Shown: positions 27,874 to 36,681 of the stretch, piece after piece | How positions within the stretch are numbered: the stretch's first letter is position 1 | How the letters are laid out: every line of letters begins with the position of its first letter | NCBI GenBank assembly: GCA_964421845.1 | Contig: CAYQYY010000007.1 | Span: forward strand, 46,804-110,803 | DNA from: an uncultured Clostridia bacterium | GTDB taxonomy: Bacteria > Bacillota > Clostridia > Tissierellales > Sedimentibacteraceae | Direction: 5' to 3' | Length of the DNA: 64,000 nt | Program-made: the position numbers and the translations under genes | Notes under the pieces: generated by a model | What the model saw: only the letters and a program-made list of their open reading frames with translations | Told to the model about the DNA's origin: nothing | The model's database searches: none

Positions 27874-28045
27874 TTTACAAATATTAAACATAACAAATTT
27901 AAAAGGGATTGACATAGTTTTTATAATATAGTAAGCTAAAAATACCACTTATATTATAAACTCTTAAAATCCCTTTATTATAAACGTTAATTTGATAGTT
28001 AGAACACGCTAAATTTGAACGAAAAATCACATGGTAATTATTACT

Positions 28046-28112
28046 AACAGCGTGTAACTTTTAAATATAACGTCCCCCTTTATTTTAATCATACGCTTTT
28101 TTCTTTTTTTTA
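28046..28112 (+). repeat. attR core: 67-bp direct repeat identical to 11563-11629
   Basis: Base-by-base identity with attL. Sequence diverges immediately outside both ends. Confidence 0.9.
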
Positions 28113-28190
28113 ATTGCAATATTTTGCGAAAGATGTTATTATAAACACGGCAATAAAATATCATAAATTAACAGCTTTTAAGGGAGAAAC

Positions 28191-29444
28191 ATGGAAAGAA
28201 TAATTGTTAGAAAAAGCTTGGGGCTTAATGGAAATATAAGAGTTGATGGTTCAAAAAATTCGATCCTGCCGATATTAGCAGCAACATTGCTTACAGATGA
28301 AGAATGTATAATACATGATGTACCTTACTTGCAAGATGTGCAAGTTATGTGTAAGTTGCTTGAAGCATTGGGATCAAGGGTGGAAAAAGTTGGAGAAAAT
28401 ACGCTGAAAATATCAGCTAAAAATATAGTAACGTGTGAAGCACCATATGAATTAATCAGTAAAATGAGAGCATCTTTTTTAGTGATGGGACCTTTATTAG
28501 CAAGATGTAAGAATGCTAAAGTTTATATGCCCGGTGGGTGCGCTATCGGGACAAGACCCATTGATCTGCATCTAAAAGGTTTTAAGTATTTAGGTGCAGA
28601 AATAAAATCTGAGAGCGGATATGTTAATGCCATTACAAAAAAGTTAGTAGGTAATGATATTTATTTAGACTTTCCAAGTGTAGGGGCTACGGAAAACATT
28701 ATAATGGCTGCTGCACTCGCCGAAGGAGAAACTATTTTGGAAAATGCAGCTGAAGAGCCAGAAATAGTAGATTTGGCAAATTTCATTAACAGTATGGGCG
28801 GAAACATAATTGGTGCGGGAACCAAGACCATACGTATAAAGGGAGTTAAAAAACTTCAGAAAACGGAACATACAATTATCCCTGATAGAATAGAAGCAGG
28901 AACATTTATGGTTTTAGCTGCTGCTACCGGAGGAAATGTAACGATAGAAAATGTTGTTTCGAACCATCTACAGCCGGTTATTGCAAAACTCAGAGAAGCA
29001 GGAGCAACAGTTGAAGAATTTGATGATAAAATAAGAGTTGTATCAGAAGGCAATATTAAACCTTTAGATATTAAGACCCTTCCATATCCCGGTTTTCCAA
29101 CAGACATGCAGGCACAATTCATGGCTATGCTGTCGATTGCAGAAGGTACAAGCATTATACATGAAACTATCTTTGAAAACAGATTCATGCATGCAAGTGA
29201 ACTTTCAAGAATGGGAGCAGATGTAAAAATTGAAGGCAGCAGCGCAATATTAAAAGGTAGAAGCAAATTAAGCGGTGCTAAGGTTAAAGCTACCGATTTA
29301 AGAGCGGGAGCAGCACTTATAATTGAAGGGCTTATAGCTGACGGGGAAACAGAAATTTCAGATGTATATCATATTAAAAGAGGATATGCAAATATTATAG
29401 AAAAGCTTCAAAATATCGGAGCCGACATACATTATGAGGTGTAA
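28191..29444 (+). CDS. murA: UDP-N-acetylglucosamine 1-carboxyvinyltransferase
   Basis: 417 aa. N-terminus RVDGSKNSILPILAATLL, active-site loop PGGCAIGTRPIDLH and C-terminus RGYANIIEKL are classic MurA. Confidence 0.95.
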   Translation: MERIIVRKSLGLNGNIRVDGSKNSILPILAATLLTDEECIIHDVPYLQDVQVMCKLLEALGSRVEKVGENTLKISAKNIVTCEAPYELISKMRASFLVMGPLLARCKNAKVYMPGGCAIGTRPIDLHLKGFKYLGAEIKSESGYVNAITKKLVGNDIYLDFPSVGATENIIMAAALAEGETILENAAEEPEIVDLANFINSMGGNIIGAGTKTIRIKGVKKLQKTEHTIIPDRIEAGTFMVLAAATGGNVTIENVVSNHLQPVIAKLREAGATVEEFDDKIRVVSEGNIKPLDIKTLPYPGFPTDMQAQFMAMLSIAEGTSIIHETIFENRFMHASELSRMGADVKIEGSSAILKGRSKLSGAKVKATDLRAGAALIIEGLIADGETEISDVYHIKRGYANIIEKLQNIGADIHYEV

Positions 29445-29447
29445 CAT

Positions 29448-30311
29448 ATGTATTCAATACCGTTATACAGACCACCCAGCGAGGCAAGAAGTTTAATAAT
29501 TCAAGTTACTGAGGGGTGTTCTCACAATAAATGCAGATTTTGCTACATGTATAAATGCAAACAGTTCAGATTAAAAACTGACAAGGAAATAAAAGAACAT
29601 ATAAATGATTTAAAAGTATATTATAAAAATCCCGAAAGAATTTTTCTTGCTGATGGAAATGTTTTATGTTTAAAAACTGATAAGTTAATAGATTTATTAA
29701 CTTATGTTAAAGCTGAGTTCCCTGCAGTTCAAAGAATCAGCTCATATTCGGGTCCGTTGGATTTGATAAGAAAATCAGATGAAGAGTTAAAAGAAATCAG
29801 GGAAGCCGGCTTAGAGTTTTTATATCTTGGTGTAGAAAGCGGTTCAGACAAAGTTCTTTCTATGATGGAAAAGGGTGTTAATCAACATCAGATGATTGAA
29901 GCCGGGCAAAAAGCAGTAAGAGCCGGGTTTAAGCTTTCATGCATGATTATTTCGGGACTTGGCGGAGAAGAGTTTATGAGAGAGCATGCAACAGAATCCG
30001 CTAAGGTTATATCAGCTATAAATCCACATTATTTTTCATTGCTTAGATTAGTTGTTGAGGAAGAATCGGAGCTTGCCGAAGATGTGAAACAGGGAAAATT
30101 CAAACTGTTGTCACCACTGCAAATATTAGATGAAAATATAATTATGCTTGAGAACATGGAATTGACCGACTGCATATTCAGAGCAAACCATGTTTCAAAT
30201 TATTTGAATCAAGCCGGAGTATTAAATAGAGACAAAAATATGCTGATTGAACGATTGAAAAAATTCAGAGAAGGTAATAATTTTATTCCCATGGGCAATG
30301 ATCGGTTGTAG
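29448..30311 (+). CDS. Radical SAM protein
   Basis: CSHNKCRFCY is a CxxxCxxC cluster motif near the N-terminus. 287 aa. Confidence 0.8.
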   Translation: MYSIPLYRPPSEARSLIIQVTEGCSHNKCRFCYMYKCKQFRLKTDKEIKEHINDLKVYYKNPERIFLADGNVLCLKTDKLIDLLTYVKAEFPAVQRISSYSGPLDLIRKSDEELKEIREAGLEFLYLGVESGSDKVLSMMEKGVNQHQMIEAGQKAVRAGFKLSCMIISGLGGEEFMREHATESAKVISAINPHYFSLLRLVVEEESELAEDVKQGKFKLLSPLQILDENIIMLENMELTDCIFRANHVSNYLNQAGVLNRDKNMLIERLKKFREGNNFIPMGNDRL

Positions 30312-30312
30312 C

Positions 30313-30350
30313 AAATAAAAAGATGAGATTTTTCTCATCTTTTATTTTTT
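30313..30350. terminator. Bidirectional rho-independent terminator
   Basis: AGATGAGA-tttt-TCTCATCT flanked by an A-run upstream and a T-run downstream, between convergent genes. Confidence 0.75.
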
Positions 30351-30351
30351 C

Positions 30352-30963
30352 TTATATTGTCTCAAAAAAACTTATTCCTAACTTTATTCCATAATAAATT
30401 ATAATAGCACCGCAAATTATATTTATAATTTTTAATGCCTTTTCATTAAATGCCTTCTTAAATATACTTACTATTGTTCCAAGTGACATAAACCATGTCA
30501 ATGATGCCAAAGAAGAACCTATTATAAAGTATTTTGCCATATCTGCCGAAAGTGAAGCCCTGAATCCGCCAAAAAGCATAGTTCCGTCAATGAGTGCCTG
30601 AGGGTTTGCCCAGGTTACTAAAAAACATGATAATATAACTTGTGCGATTGTCTTTTTTGATTCTATTGAATCGTTTAACTTGGGGGTAGAGCGTATCAGC
30701 CCAATTCCAATCCAGATTATTGCAATGGACCCCAATCCTAAAAGCAGTATTTTTACAATCGGAACTGCTTCAATTAATGCCCCCATACCGAAAAAGCAGG
30801 CAAGAGCCAATGTAATATCAAAGAATATGGTTATAAGAGCAACCATGTATAACCTTGATTTTGATTGTGTCATTGCCGTGTTGATTACATACATATTTTG
30901 CATGCCTATGGGAGCAACATATGCAAAACCAATAGTAAATCCCTTAATAATTGTTTGAATCAT
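30352..30963 (-). CDS. LysE/ArgO-family amino acid exporter
   Basis: Start moved to the ATG at 30963 (GAGAGG RBS). N-terminus MIQTIIKGFTIGFAYVAPIGMQNMYVIN matches the LysE PIGxQN motif. Six hydrophobic segments. Confidence 0.8.
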   Translation of the reverse strand: MIQTIIKGFTIGFAYVAPIGMQNMYVINTAMTQSKSRLYMVALITIFFDITLALACFFGMGALIEAVPIVKILLLGLGSIAIIWIGIGLIRSTPKLNDSIESKKTIAQVILSCFLVTWANPQALIDGTMLFGGFRASLSADMAKYFIIGSSLASLTWFMSLGTIVSIFKKAFNEKALKIINIICGAIIIYYGIKLGISFFETI

Positions 30964-31156
30964 TCTGTACCTCTCTATATTAAATTTTTCGCCTGCATAT
31001 ATAATATTATGAAGACAAGCACTTGTCAATTAAATCACTAAAACATGCGTTGACACGCTACCAACAAATGCTATAATTAATTAATCGGAAAAAACAAGAA
31101 AACAAATCAGAAATTATTCGGGCTGCAAACATAGAAAGACGAAAAAAGGGGTATAT

Positions 31157-31873
31157 ATGAAACTTAGAATAGATAAAATGCTTTCCAATATGGGTATTGG
31201 TTCAAGAAAGCAAATTAAACAGGATGCTAAGCAAGGATATATTAGGATAAATGATGATATCATTAAGGACAGTTCAAAAATTATAGACACAGATACTGAC
31301 CAAGTAAAATATAAAGGTGAAATAATAAAATATGTTCAGCACATATATTTGATGATGAATAAACCAAGCGGTGTTGTCTCAGCCACTGAAGACAATTATG
31401 ACAAAACGGTTATAGATTTATTGGATGATGAATACAAAATATACAACCCGTTTCCTGTTGGACGTTTGGATAAGGACACAGAAGGTTTATTATTGATAAC
31501 AAATGATGGACAATTGGCTCATGACCTTCTTTCACCAAAGAAGCACGTAGATAAAACTTACTTTGTTGAAGTAGAGGAAGAAGTAACAGAAAAAGATGTA
31601 AAAGCTTTTGCGGAAGGAGTAATTTTAACCAATGAAAATTACAAAACTCTTCCTGCAAAACTTCAAATATTAGAGTCCGGTTATCCGTCAACATGTTTTG
31701 TAACTATAAAAGAAGGTAAATTTCATCAGGTTAAAAGAATGTTTAATGCTGTAAATAATGAAGTAATTTATCTAAAAAGATTATCAATGGGACATTTGAA
31801 ATTAGATGAAAACTTAAAGTTGGGAGAATACAGGCATTTGACAGAAGAAGAAATAGAGCTGTTGAATGTATAA
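31157..31873 (+). CDS. RsuA-family rRNA pseudouridine synthase (S4 domain plus catalytic domain)
   Basis: N-terminal S4 (RIDKMLSNMGIGSRKQ) and catalytic motif GRLDKDTEGLLL. Confidence 0.9.
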   Translation: MKLRIDKMLSNMGIGSRKQIKQDAKQGYIRINDDIIKDSSKIIDTDTDQVKYKGEIIKYVQHIYLMMNKPSGVVSATEDNYDKTVIDLLDDEYKIYNPFPVGRLDKDTEGLLLITNDGQLAHDLLSPKKHVDKTYFVEVEEEVTEKDVKAFAEGVILTNENYKTLPAKLQILESGYPSTCFVTIKEGKFHQVKRMFNAVNNEVIYLKRLSMGHLKLDENLKLGEYRHLTEEEIELLNV

Positions 31874-32039
31874 TAAAATTGAATCTGCCTCTTGGAATAT
31901 GAACCGACCCCCAAAAGTTAGACCCAAAATACTAACATATGGAGGTTGGTTTTATTTTGTTAAAATATGGTAATGATTTAAGATGGAAGTAGCAGAAACG
32001 TATAGTAATTTTGGAGAAGAAGGTTACTATACTAAAATA

Positions 32040-32061
32040 GTTCATATTCAGTTCATATATA
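32040..32061 (+). promoter_or_regulatory. 22-bp box GTTCATATTCAGTTCATATATA (direct repeat GTTCATAT at 11-bp spacing); candidate response-regulator site upstream of the RR-HK operon
   Basis: Identical 22-mer at 34285-34306. Flanks are also similar (AAAAT before, AGnTTATTnTAATTA after). Confidence 0.6.
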
Positions 32062-32221
32062 AAGCTTATTATAATTATAAAAAATATAAATATAAAATGA
32101 ATGGCTTAAATAGGTGTTAGAAGATATAATATCAACTATAAGAGATGTTACTGGTTAACAGACTAAATCCTATATATGCACTAATACATATTTAACAATA
32201 TTTCGCTTAGGAGATGAATTT

Positions 32222-32893
32222 ATGACTAATATCCTTATAGTAGATGATAATGAAAAGATTAGGAAATTAATTGAAATCTATTTGATTAGAGAAGGATTTA
32301 AGGTTTTTCATGGAGAAGATGGTGAGGCTGCCTTAAAAGTTCTTGATGAGGTAAAGATAGATTTGATCATAGCTGATATAATGATGCCTAATATGGATGG
32401 ATATGAATTGGTAGAGGAACTTAGAGCAGCGAATTATAATTTACCCATTCTTATGGTAACTGCAAAAAACACATTCCCTGATAAAAAGATGGGATTTGAA
32501 ATAGGTGCTGATGACTATATGACAAAACCTATAGATATGGATGAATTGGTTCTCAGGGTTAAAGCTTTACTTCGTCGCTCTAAGATTTCTACAGATAAAT
32601 ATATAAGTATAGGTGATATCATAATTGATTATGAATCCTTAGAAGTAAGAACATTAACAGATACCAAATCGCTTCCAAAGAAGGAATTCTATTTGCTTTA
32701 TAAATTACTTTCCTATCCTAATAGAATATTCACTCGTCAAGAGCTGATGGATGATATATGGGGATTTGACAGTGAAGCAGATGAAAGAACTGTAGATGTC
32801 CATATAAAGAGACTCAGGGAAAGATTTATAGATGTTGATGAGTTTGAGATTGTAACTATAAGGGGTTTAGGTTACAAGGGAGTGTACAAATAA
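32222..32893 (+). CDS. OmpR/PhoB-family response regulator
   Basis: Receiver domain (VDDN...IADIMMPNMDG...K) plus winged helix (TVDVHIKRLRERF...IRGLGYK). Confidence 0.9.
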   Translation: MTNILIVDDNEKIRKLIEIYLIREGFKVFHGEDGEAALKVLDEVKIDLIIADIMMPNMDGYELVEELRAANYNLPILMVTAKNTFPDKKMGFEIGADDYMTKPIDMDELVLRVKALLRRSKISTDKYISIGDIIIDYESLEVRTLTDTKSLPKKEFYLLYKLLSYPNRIFTRQELMDDIWGFDSEADERTVDVHIKRLRERFIDVDEFEIVTIRGLGYKGVYK

Positions 32894-34194
32894 TGAAAAA
32901 GTCTATCTATAGCCAATTAGTGATAAGCTTTATACTTGTTTTTATTATAAGTAATATATTGGCTTCAATACTTTCGTTTTTTAGCACAGAGGTAAATACC
33001 TTAGAACAATTGAGTCAACAATTAATTGAAAGTGTAGAAGTTGTAAAGGAAGAATATGAAAAAGAAAACATTTCAAAAGTAAGCATTGAAAAACTTTTTA
33101 AAGATAAATATATTAGTATAAGTTTTGTAGAAAACATAGAAGAATATGCTATTGGGAAAGAAAAGATGACATTATTGGAGACTGGAAAGACCTTAGCACT
33201 GCGCACAAATGAGCTTGGTAATACCGCTGTTTCCACTCCTATGGCTATAACTAAGACAGGGGATTATTATATAGTGGCTAAGCCAGAGTTTGAAAATTTG
33301 GGATATAGTGCCAGGGATGTCATAGTTTCTATAAATATTAAAGCTATCATTATCGGAAGTATGCTGTTTTTATTTGTAGGAAGATTAATGGTTAATCCAA
33401 TAAAAAAGTTAATTAAAGCAACCGAAAAGGTTGCAACAGGGGATTTTGATATAGAATTGGAAGATCATAGGACAGATGAAATGGGTAGGCTTATATCCAG
33501 TTTCAATACTATGGCTAAGGAATTAAAATCTATAGAAATTTTTAGAAGTGATTTTATATCTGACATTTCTCATGAGTTTAGAACACCATTAACTTCTATA
33601 GAGGGATATTCAAAACTTTTAAGAGATTGCAGTGAGGATGAAAGAAGGGAGTATGTAGATATAATTATAGAAGAAACTAAGAGATTATCTATACTAACTA
33701 CAAATATCCTTACATTAAATAAAATTGATAATCAGAATATACCTACTCTTGCGGAAGATTTTATTATGGACGAACAAATAAGGAAGGCAATTCTTTTGTT
33801 GGAGAATAAATGGGTTGATAAAGATATTGAATTAGAAATAGATTTAGAAAACATTCAATATCAAGGTAATTCAAGTTTAATGTTTCAAGTGTGGATAAAT
33901 TTAATCGATAATGCCATCAAGTTCTCTCCCAAAGGTGGGAAAATTGGAATAAAGCTATATGAAGAGCAGGGAAATATTATTTTTTCAATCAAAGACAATG
34001 GAGTTGGAATATCTAAAGAAGAACAGAAAAAGATATTTGAAAAGTTCTATAAAAGCGATAAATCAAGAAATTCAGATGGTAATGGTTTAGGTCTTTCTAT
34101 TGTCAAAAGAATTATAGAAATCCATAAAGGAAAATTAATAGTAGAATCAAATATAGGCATGGGAACAAATATTATGATAAAGTTACTTAAATAG
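32893..34194 (+). CDS. Sensor histidine kinase (2 TM, HAMP, HisKA, HATPase_c)
   Basis: H-box ISHEFRTPLTSI, N-box LIDNAIKFS, G-boxes DNGVGI and GNGLGLSIVK. ATG overlaps the regulator stop (TAATG). Confidence 0.9.
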   Translation: MKKSIYSQLVISFILVFIISNILASILSFFSTEVNTLEQLSQQLIESVEVVKEEYEKENISKVSIEKLFKDKYISISFVENIEEYAIGKEKMTLLETGKTLALRTNELGNTAVSTPMAITKTGDYYIVAKPEFENLGYSARDVIVSINIKAIIIGSMLFLFVGRLMVNPIKKLIKATEKVATGDFDIELEDHRTDEMGRLISSFNTMAKELKSIEIFRSDFISDISHEFRTPLTSIEGYSKLLRDCSEDERREYVDIIIEETKRLSILTTNILTLNKIDNQNIPTLAEDFIMDEQIRKAILLLENKWVDKDIELEIDLENIQYQGNSSLMFQVWINLIDNAIKFSPKGGKIGIKLYEEQGNIIFSIKDNGVGISKEEQKKIFEKFYKSDKSRNSDGNGLGLSIVKRIIEIHKGKLIVESNIGMGTNIMIKLLK

Positions 34195-34284
34195 ATTTGG
34201 ATAGTCAGTTATTATCTCGGGTTTATATTTTGCGGATACAGCTGTGAGGTTAGAAAGAAAATAAATTCTTGATATATTAAAATT

Positions 34285-34306
34285 GTTCATATTCAGTTCA
34301 TATATA
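34285..34306 (+). promoter_or_regulatory. Second copy of the 22-bp GTTCATATTCAGTTCATATATA box, 60 nt upstream of the membrane-protein gene
   Basis: Identical to 32040-32061. Positioned where a -35 element would be. Confidence 0.6.
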
Positions 34307-34365
34307 TAGTTTATTCTAATTAAGAATTAAGATTTAATATTATAAATTAAAAAAGGAGAATTATT

Positions 34366-35028
34366 ATGCAAGCAATTATTGAAACTTTATTCGATGTTTT
34401 ATATCTTTCAACTGTAATCATTATTGGAATAATAATGATTAAAAATAGTAATGGAAATAAGCAATATAAACTATTTGGAATTATGGCGGTTACACTGGGA
34501 CTAGGTGATGCATTCCATTTAGTGCCTAGGGCGTTAGCTCTTAACACAACAGGACTTGAAAACTTTACTGCCGCATTAGGCACCGGTAAATTTATCACCT
34601 CAATTACAATGACCATATTTTATATAATATTGTATTATGTTTGGCGTTTACGTTACAATATAAAGGGAAAGAATGGCTTAACTATTTCAGTATATTTATT
34701 TGCAATTATTAGGATTATACTTTGTTTTATGCCGCAAAATGCGTGGCTAAGCTCTACGCCACCATTATCATGGGGTATTTATCGTAACATTCCTTTTGCA
34801 GCAATGGGTATTCTTATTATTATCCTATTTTACCAAAGTGCCAAGAAAACAAATGATACACCTTTTAAGAATATGTGGTTGACAATTGTTCTTAGTTTTG
34901 CATTTTATATACCAGTAGTTTTATGGGCTGATATATATCCTCTTGTTGGAATGTTGATGATACCTAAAACCTTAGCTTATGTTTGGACTGTTTTAATTGG
35001 ATATTATGAGATGAAAAGGATTAAGTAG
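34366..35028 (+). CDS. Polytopic membrane protein of unknown function (about 7 TM)
   Basis: 220 aa with an AAGGAG RBS. Hydrophobic segments throughout. No motif recognised. Confidence 0.6.
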   Translation: MQAIIETLFDVLYLSTVIIIGIIMIKNSNGNKQYKLFGIMAVTLGLGDAFHLVPRALALNTTGLENFTAALGTGKFITSITMTIFYIILYYVWRLRYNIKGKNGLTISVYLFAIIRIILCFMPQNAWLSSTPPLSWGIYRNIPFAAMGILIIILFYQSAKKTNDTPFKNMWLTIVLSFAFYIPVVLWADIYPLVGMLMIPKTLAYVWTVLIGYYEMKRIK

Positions 35029-35077
35029 ATTAAATGAATTTTGTTAGTAATTCAGTATCCTACAATAATGTAAATAT

Positions 35078-35115
35078 AAAAAAACAGAGTAGAAATGATT
35101 TCTATATCTACTCTG
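35078..35115 (-). terminator. Rho-independent terminator of the tct operon (minus strand)
   Basis: CAGAGTAGA-N13-TCTACTCTG. The A7 run on the + strand gives the T-run on the minus strand. Confidence 0.7.
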
Positions 35116-35167
35116 AAAAAAAGTCTAATTTTCGGGGGTCACCTTAATATTGAAGGGTAGTTTTTCA

Positions 35168-36670
35168 CTAATTGGCAACTTTCACTTTATTTGCATTCTT
35201 TCTTTTTTTATAACTTCTGTAAAATGGATATGCGAATGATATTATTCCTAATACGATAAGCACAGCTGCTACAGGTCTTTGGAAAAATATCGCTGCTCCA
35301 TTGTTAGACATGACCAAAGATCTTCTGAATGATTGTTCACTAAGTGACCCAAGAACAGCTCCAATAACAATAGGTGCTGTAGGAATTTCGTATTTTTCAA
35401 ACAAATATCCTATGATACCGAAAACAAGAATCATCCATACGTCTAACATGTTGTTTCTTATTGCAAATCCACCAACAATGCAAAGTACTAATATTATAGG
35501 TCCCAATATGTTATATGGAATCCTAATAATCTGAGCAAAACCTTTAATGAATGGTTTTGCTATTAAAAGTATAAGTATGTTTGCAATTAAACATCCTATA
35601 AACAGAGCGTAAACTAATGGTCTGTGATCCATAAACATAAGCGGACCCGGAACAATACCATGGAGAATGAAAGCTCCCAACATTACTGCTGTTGTAGCAC
35701 TTCCCGGTATACCTAAGGCAATAAGAGGAATGATAGCTCCACATGCTGCAGCATTATTAGCTGTTTCAGGAGCAGCGACACCTTCCGGTATTCCGGTACC
35801 GTATAACTCCGGAGTTTTAGATACTCTGACAGCTTCACTGTATGAAACCATTGATGCAGTTGTTGCTCCTATACCGGGAAGAATTCCGATAACTGTTCCT
35901 AACACTGAAGAGCGTGCTATTATAGGTGATAATTTTTTGAATAGTTTAAAGTCGGGGAAAGTTGTTTTAATTTTACCAATATCCTTTTTAACACCTCCGG
36001 TATCCTGCTCAAATCTCCTGAAACCTTCTGATACCGCAAATAACCCTATCAGTATAGGTATAAAATCTATACCGCTCATTAATAAGCTTGTGCCGAATGT
36101 AAATCTTTCTGTACCTGTCATAGGGTCTATACCTATTGTCATAAGCACTAAGCCGATTAGTGATGATACTAATGATTTCAATTGATTATCTTCACCTAAT
36201 GATGAAATAACAGACAAAGCCATAACACAAAGTCCAAAATATTCTACAGGACCAAATTGCAGTGCGACCTTTGCCAGTTGTGGTGTTAATGTTATTAAAA
36301 ACAAGCTTCCGATAATTCCGCCTAATGCTGAACAAAATACAGAAACACCTAATGCTAATGCCGATTGACCTTTTAAAGTCATAGGATATCCATCTAATGT
36401 GGTAGCCACAGATTCTGGTGCACCGGGGGTTCTGAATAGTATAGCAGAAATTGATCCTCCGAATACTGCCGAGCAATATACAGTAATCAGTGAAAGAATT
36501 GCAGATGTTGGATCTAAAGTATATGTTAATGGAACCAACAGTACAACAAGCATCGTACCGCTTATTCCGGGTATTGCGCCTCCGGTAAATCCCAAAACTG
36601 TACCAAAAATTAAAATAAATATATTCATTGGTTGAAGCAAAATTGAAAAACCACTTATTATATCTGACAT
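35168..36670 (-). CDS. tctA: Tripartite tricarboxylate transporter large permease
   Basis: 500 aa polytopic protein. Gene order tctC-tctB-tctA. Gly-rich loops (GAIPGISGT, LPGIGATTAS) are typical of TctA. Confidence 0.85.
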   Translation of the reverse strand: MSDIISGFSILLQPMNIFILIFGTVLGFTGGAIPGISGTMLVVLLVPLTYTLDPTSAILSLITVYCSAVFGGSISAILFRTPGAPESVATTLDGYPMTLKGQSALALGVSVFCSALGGIIGSLFLITLTPQLAKVALQFGPVEYFGLCVMALSVISSLGEDNQLKSLVSSLIGLVLMTIGIDPMTGTERFTFGTSLLMSGIDFIPILIGLFAVSEGFRRFEQDTGGVKKDIGKIKTTFPDFKLFKKLSPIIARSSVLGTVIGILPGIGATTASMVSYSEAVRVSKTPELYGTGIPEGVAAPETANNAAACGAIIPLIALGIPGSATTAVMLGAFILHGIVPGPLMFMDHRPLVYALFIGCLIANILILLIAKPFIKGFAQIIRIPYNILGPIILVLCIVGGFAIRNNMLDVWMILVFGIIGYLFEKYEIPTAPIVIGAVLGSLSEQSFRRSLVMSNNGAAIFFQRPVAAVLIVLGIISFAYPFYRSYKKRKNANKVKVAN

Positions 36671-36681
36671 TTATTCACCTC

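Larger units (their letters stand above)
11563..28112 (+). mobile_element. 16.5-kb integrated phage-like element (capsid-forming satellite-like island or minimal prophage): attL-int-polymerase-ori/rep-accessory-terS-terL-portal-scaffold-capsid-connector-531aa-holin-attR
   Basis: Perfect 67-bp direct repeats at both ends. Tyrosine integrase lies next to the left repeat. All ORFs are on the + strand. Visibly more AT-rich than the flanks. Flanks (histidine kinase, murA) are housekeeping. Confidence 0.85.

Noticed and set aside
28856-29266. 136-aa reverse-strand ORF inside murA. Similar shadow ORFs occur at 28665..28871, 3851..4150, 5182..5421 and 6122..6443.
   Set aside because: Entirely antisense to genes with unambiguous family motifs. 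No RBS and low-complexity translation. These are typical shadow ORFs.
35050-35075. TTCAGTATCCTAC...AATGTA, sharing 13 identical bases with the last iteron/AT-box junction of the element origin (17021-17047).
   Set aside because: Dozens of 13-mer matches are expected by chance among all position pairs in 64 kb of AT-rich DNA. No second iteron and no flanking similarity.
35667-36185. 172-aa + strand ORF, plus 35301..35534, 36399..36635 and 36695..36925, opposite tctA/tctB.
   Set aside because: Antisense to a well-supported transporter operon. The Pro/Ile/Ala-rich translation is the mirror of membrane-protein codons. No start context.
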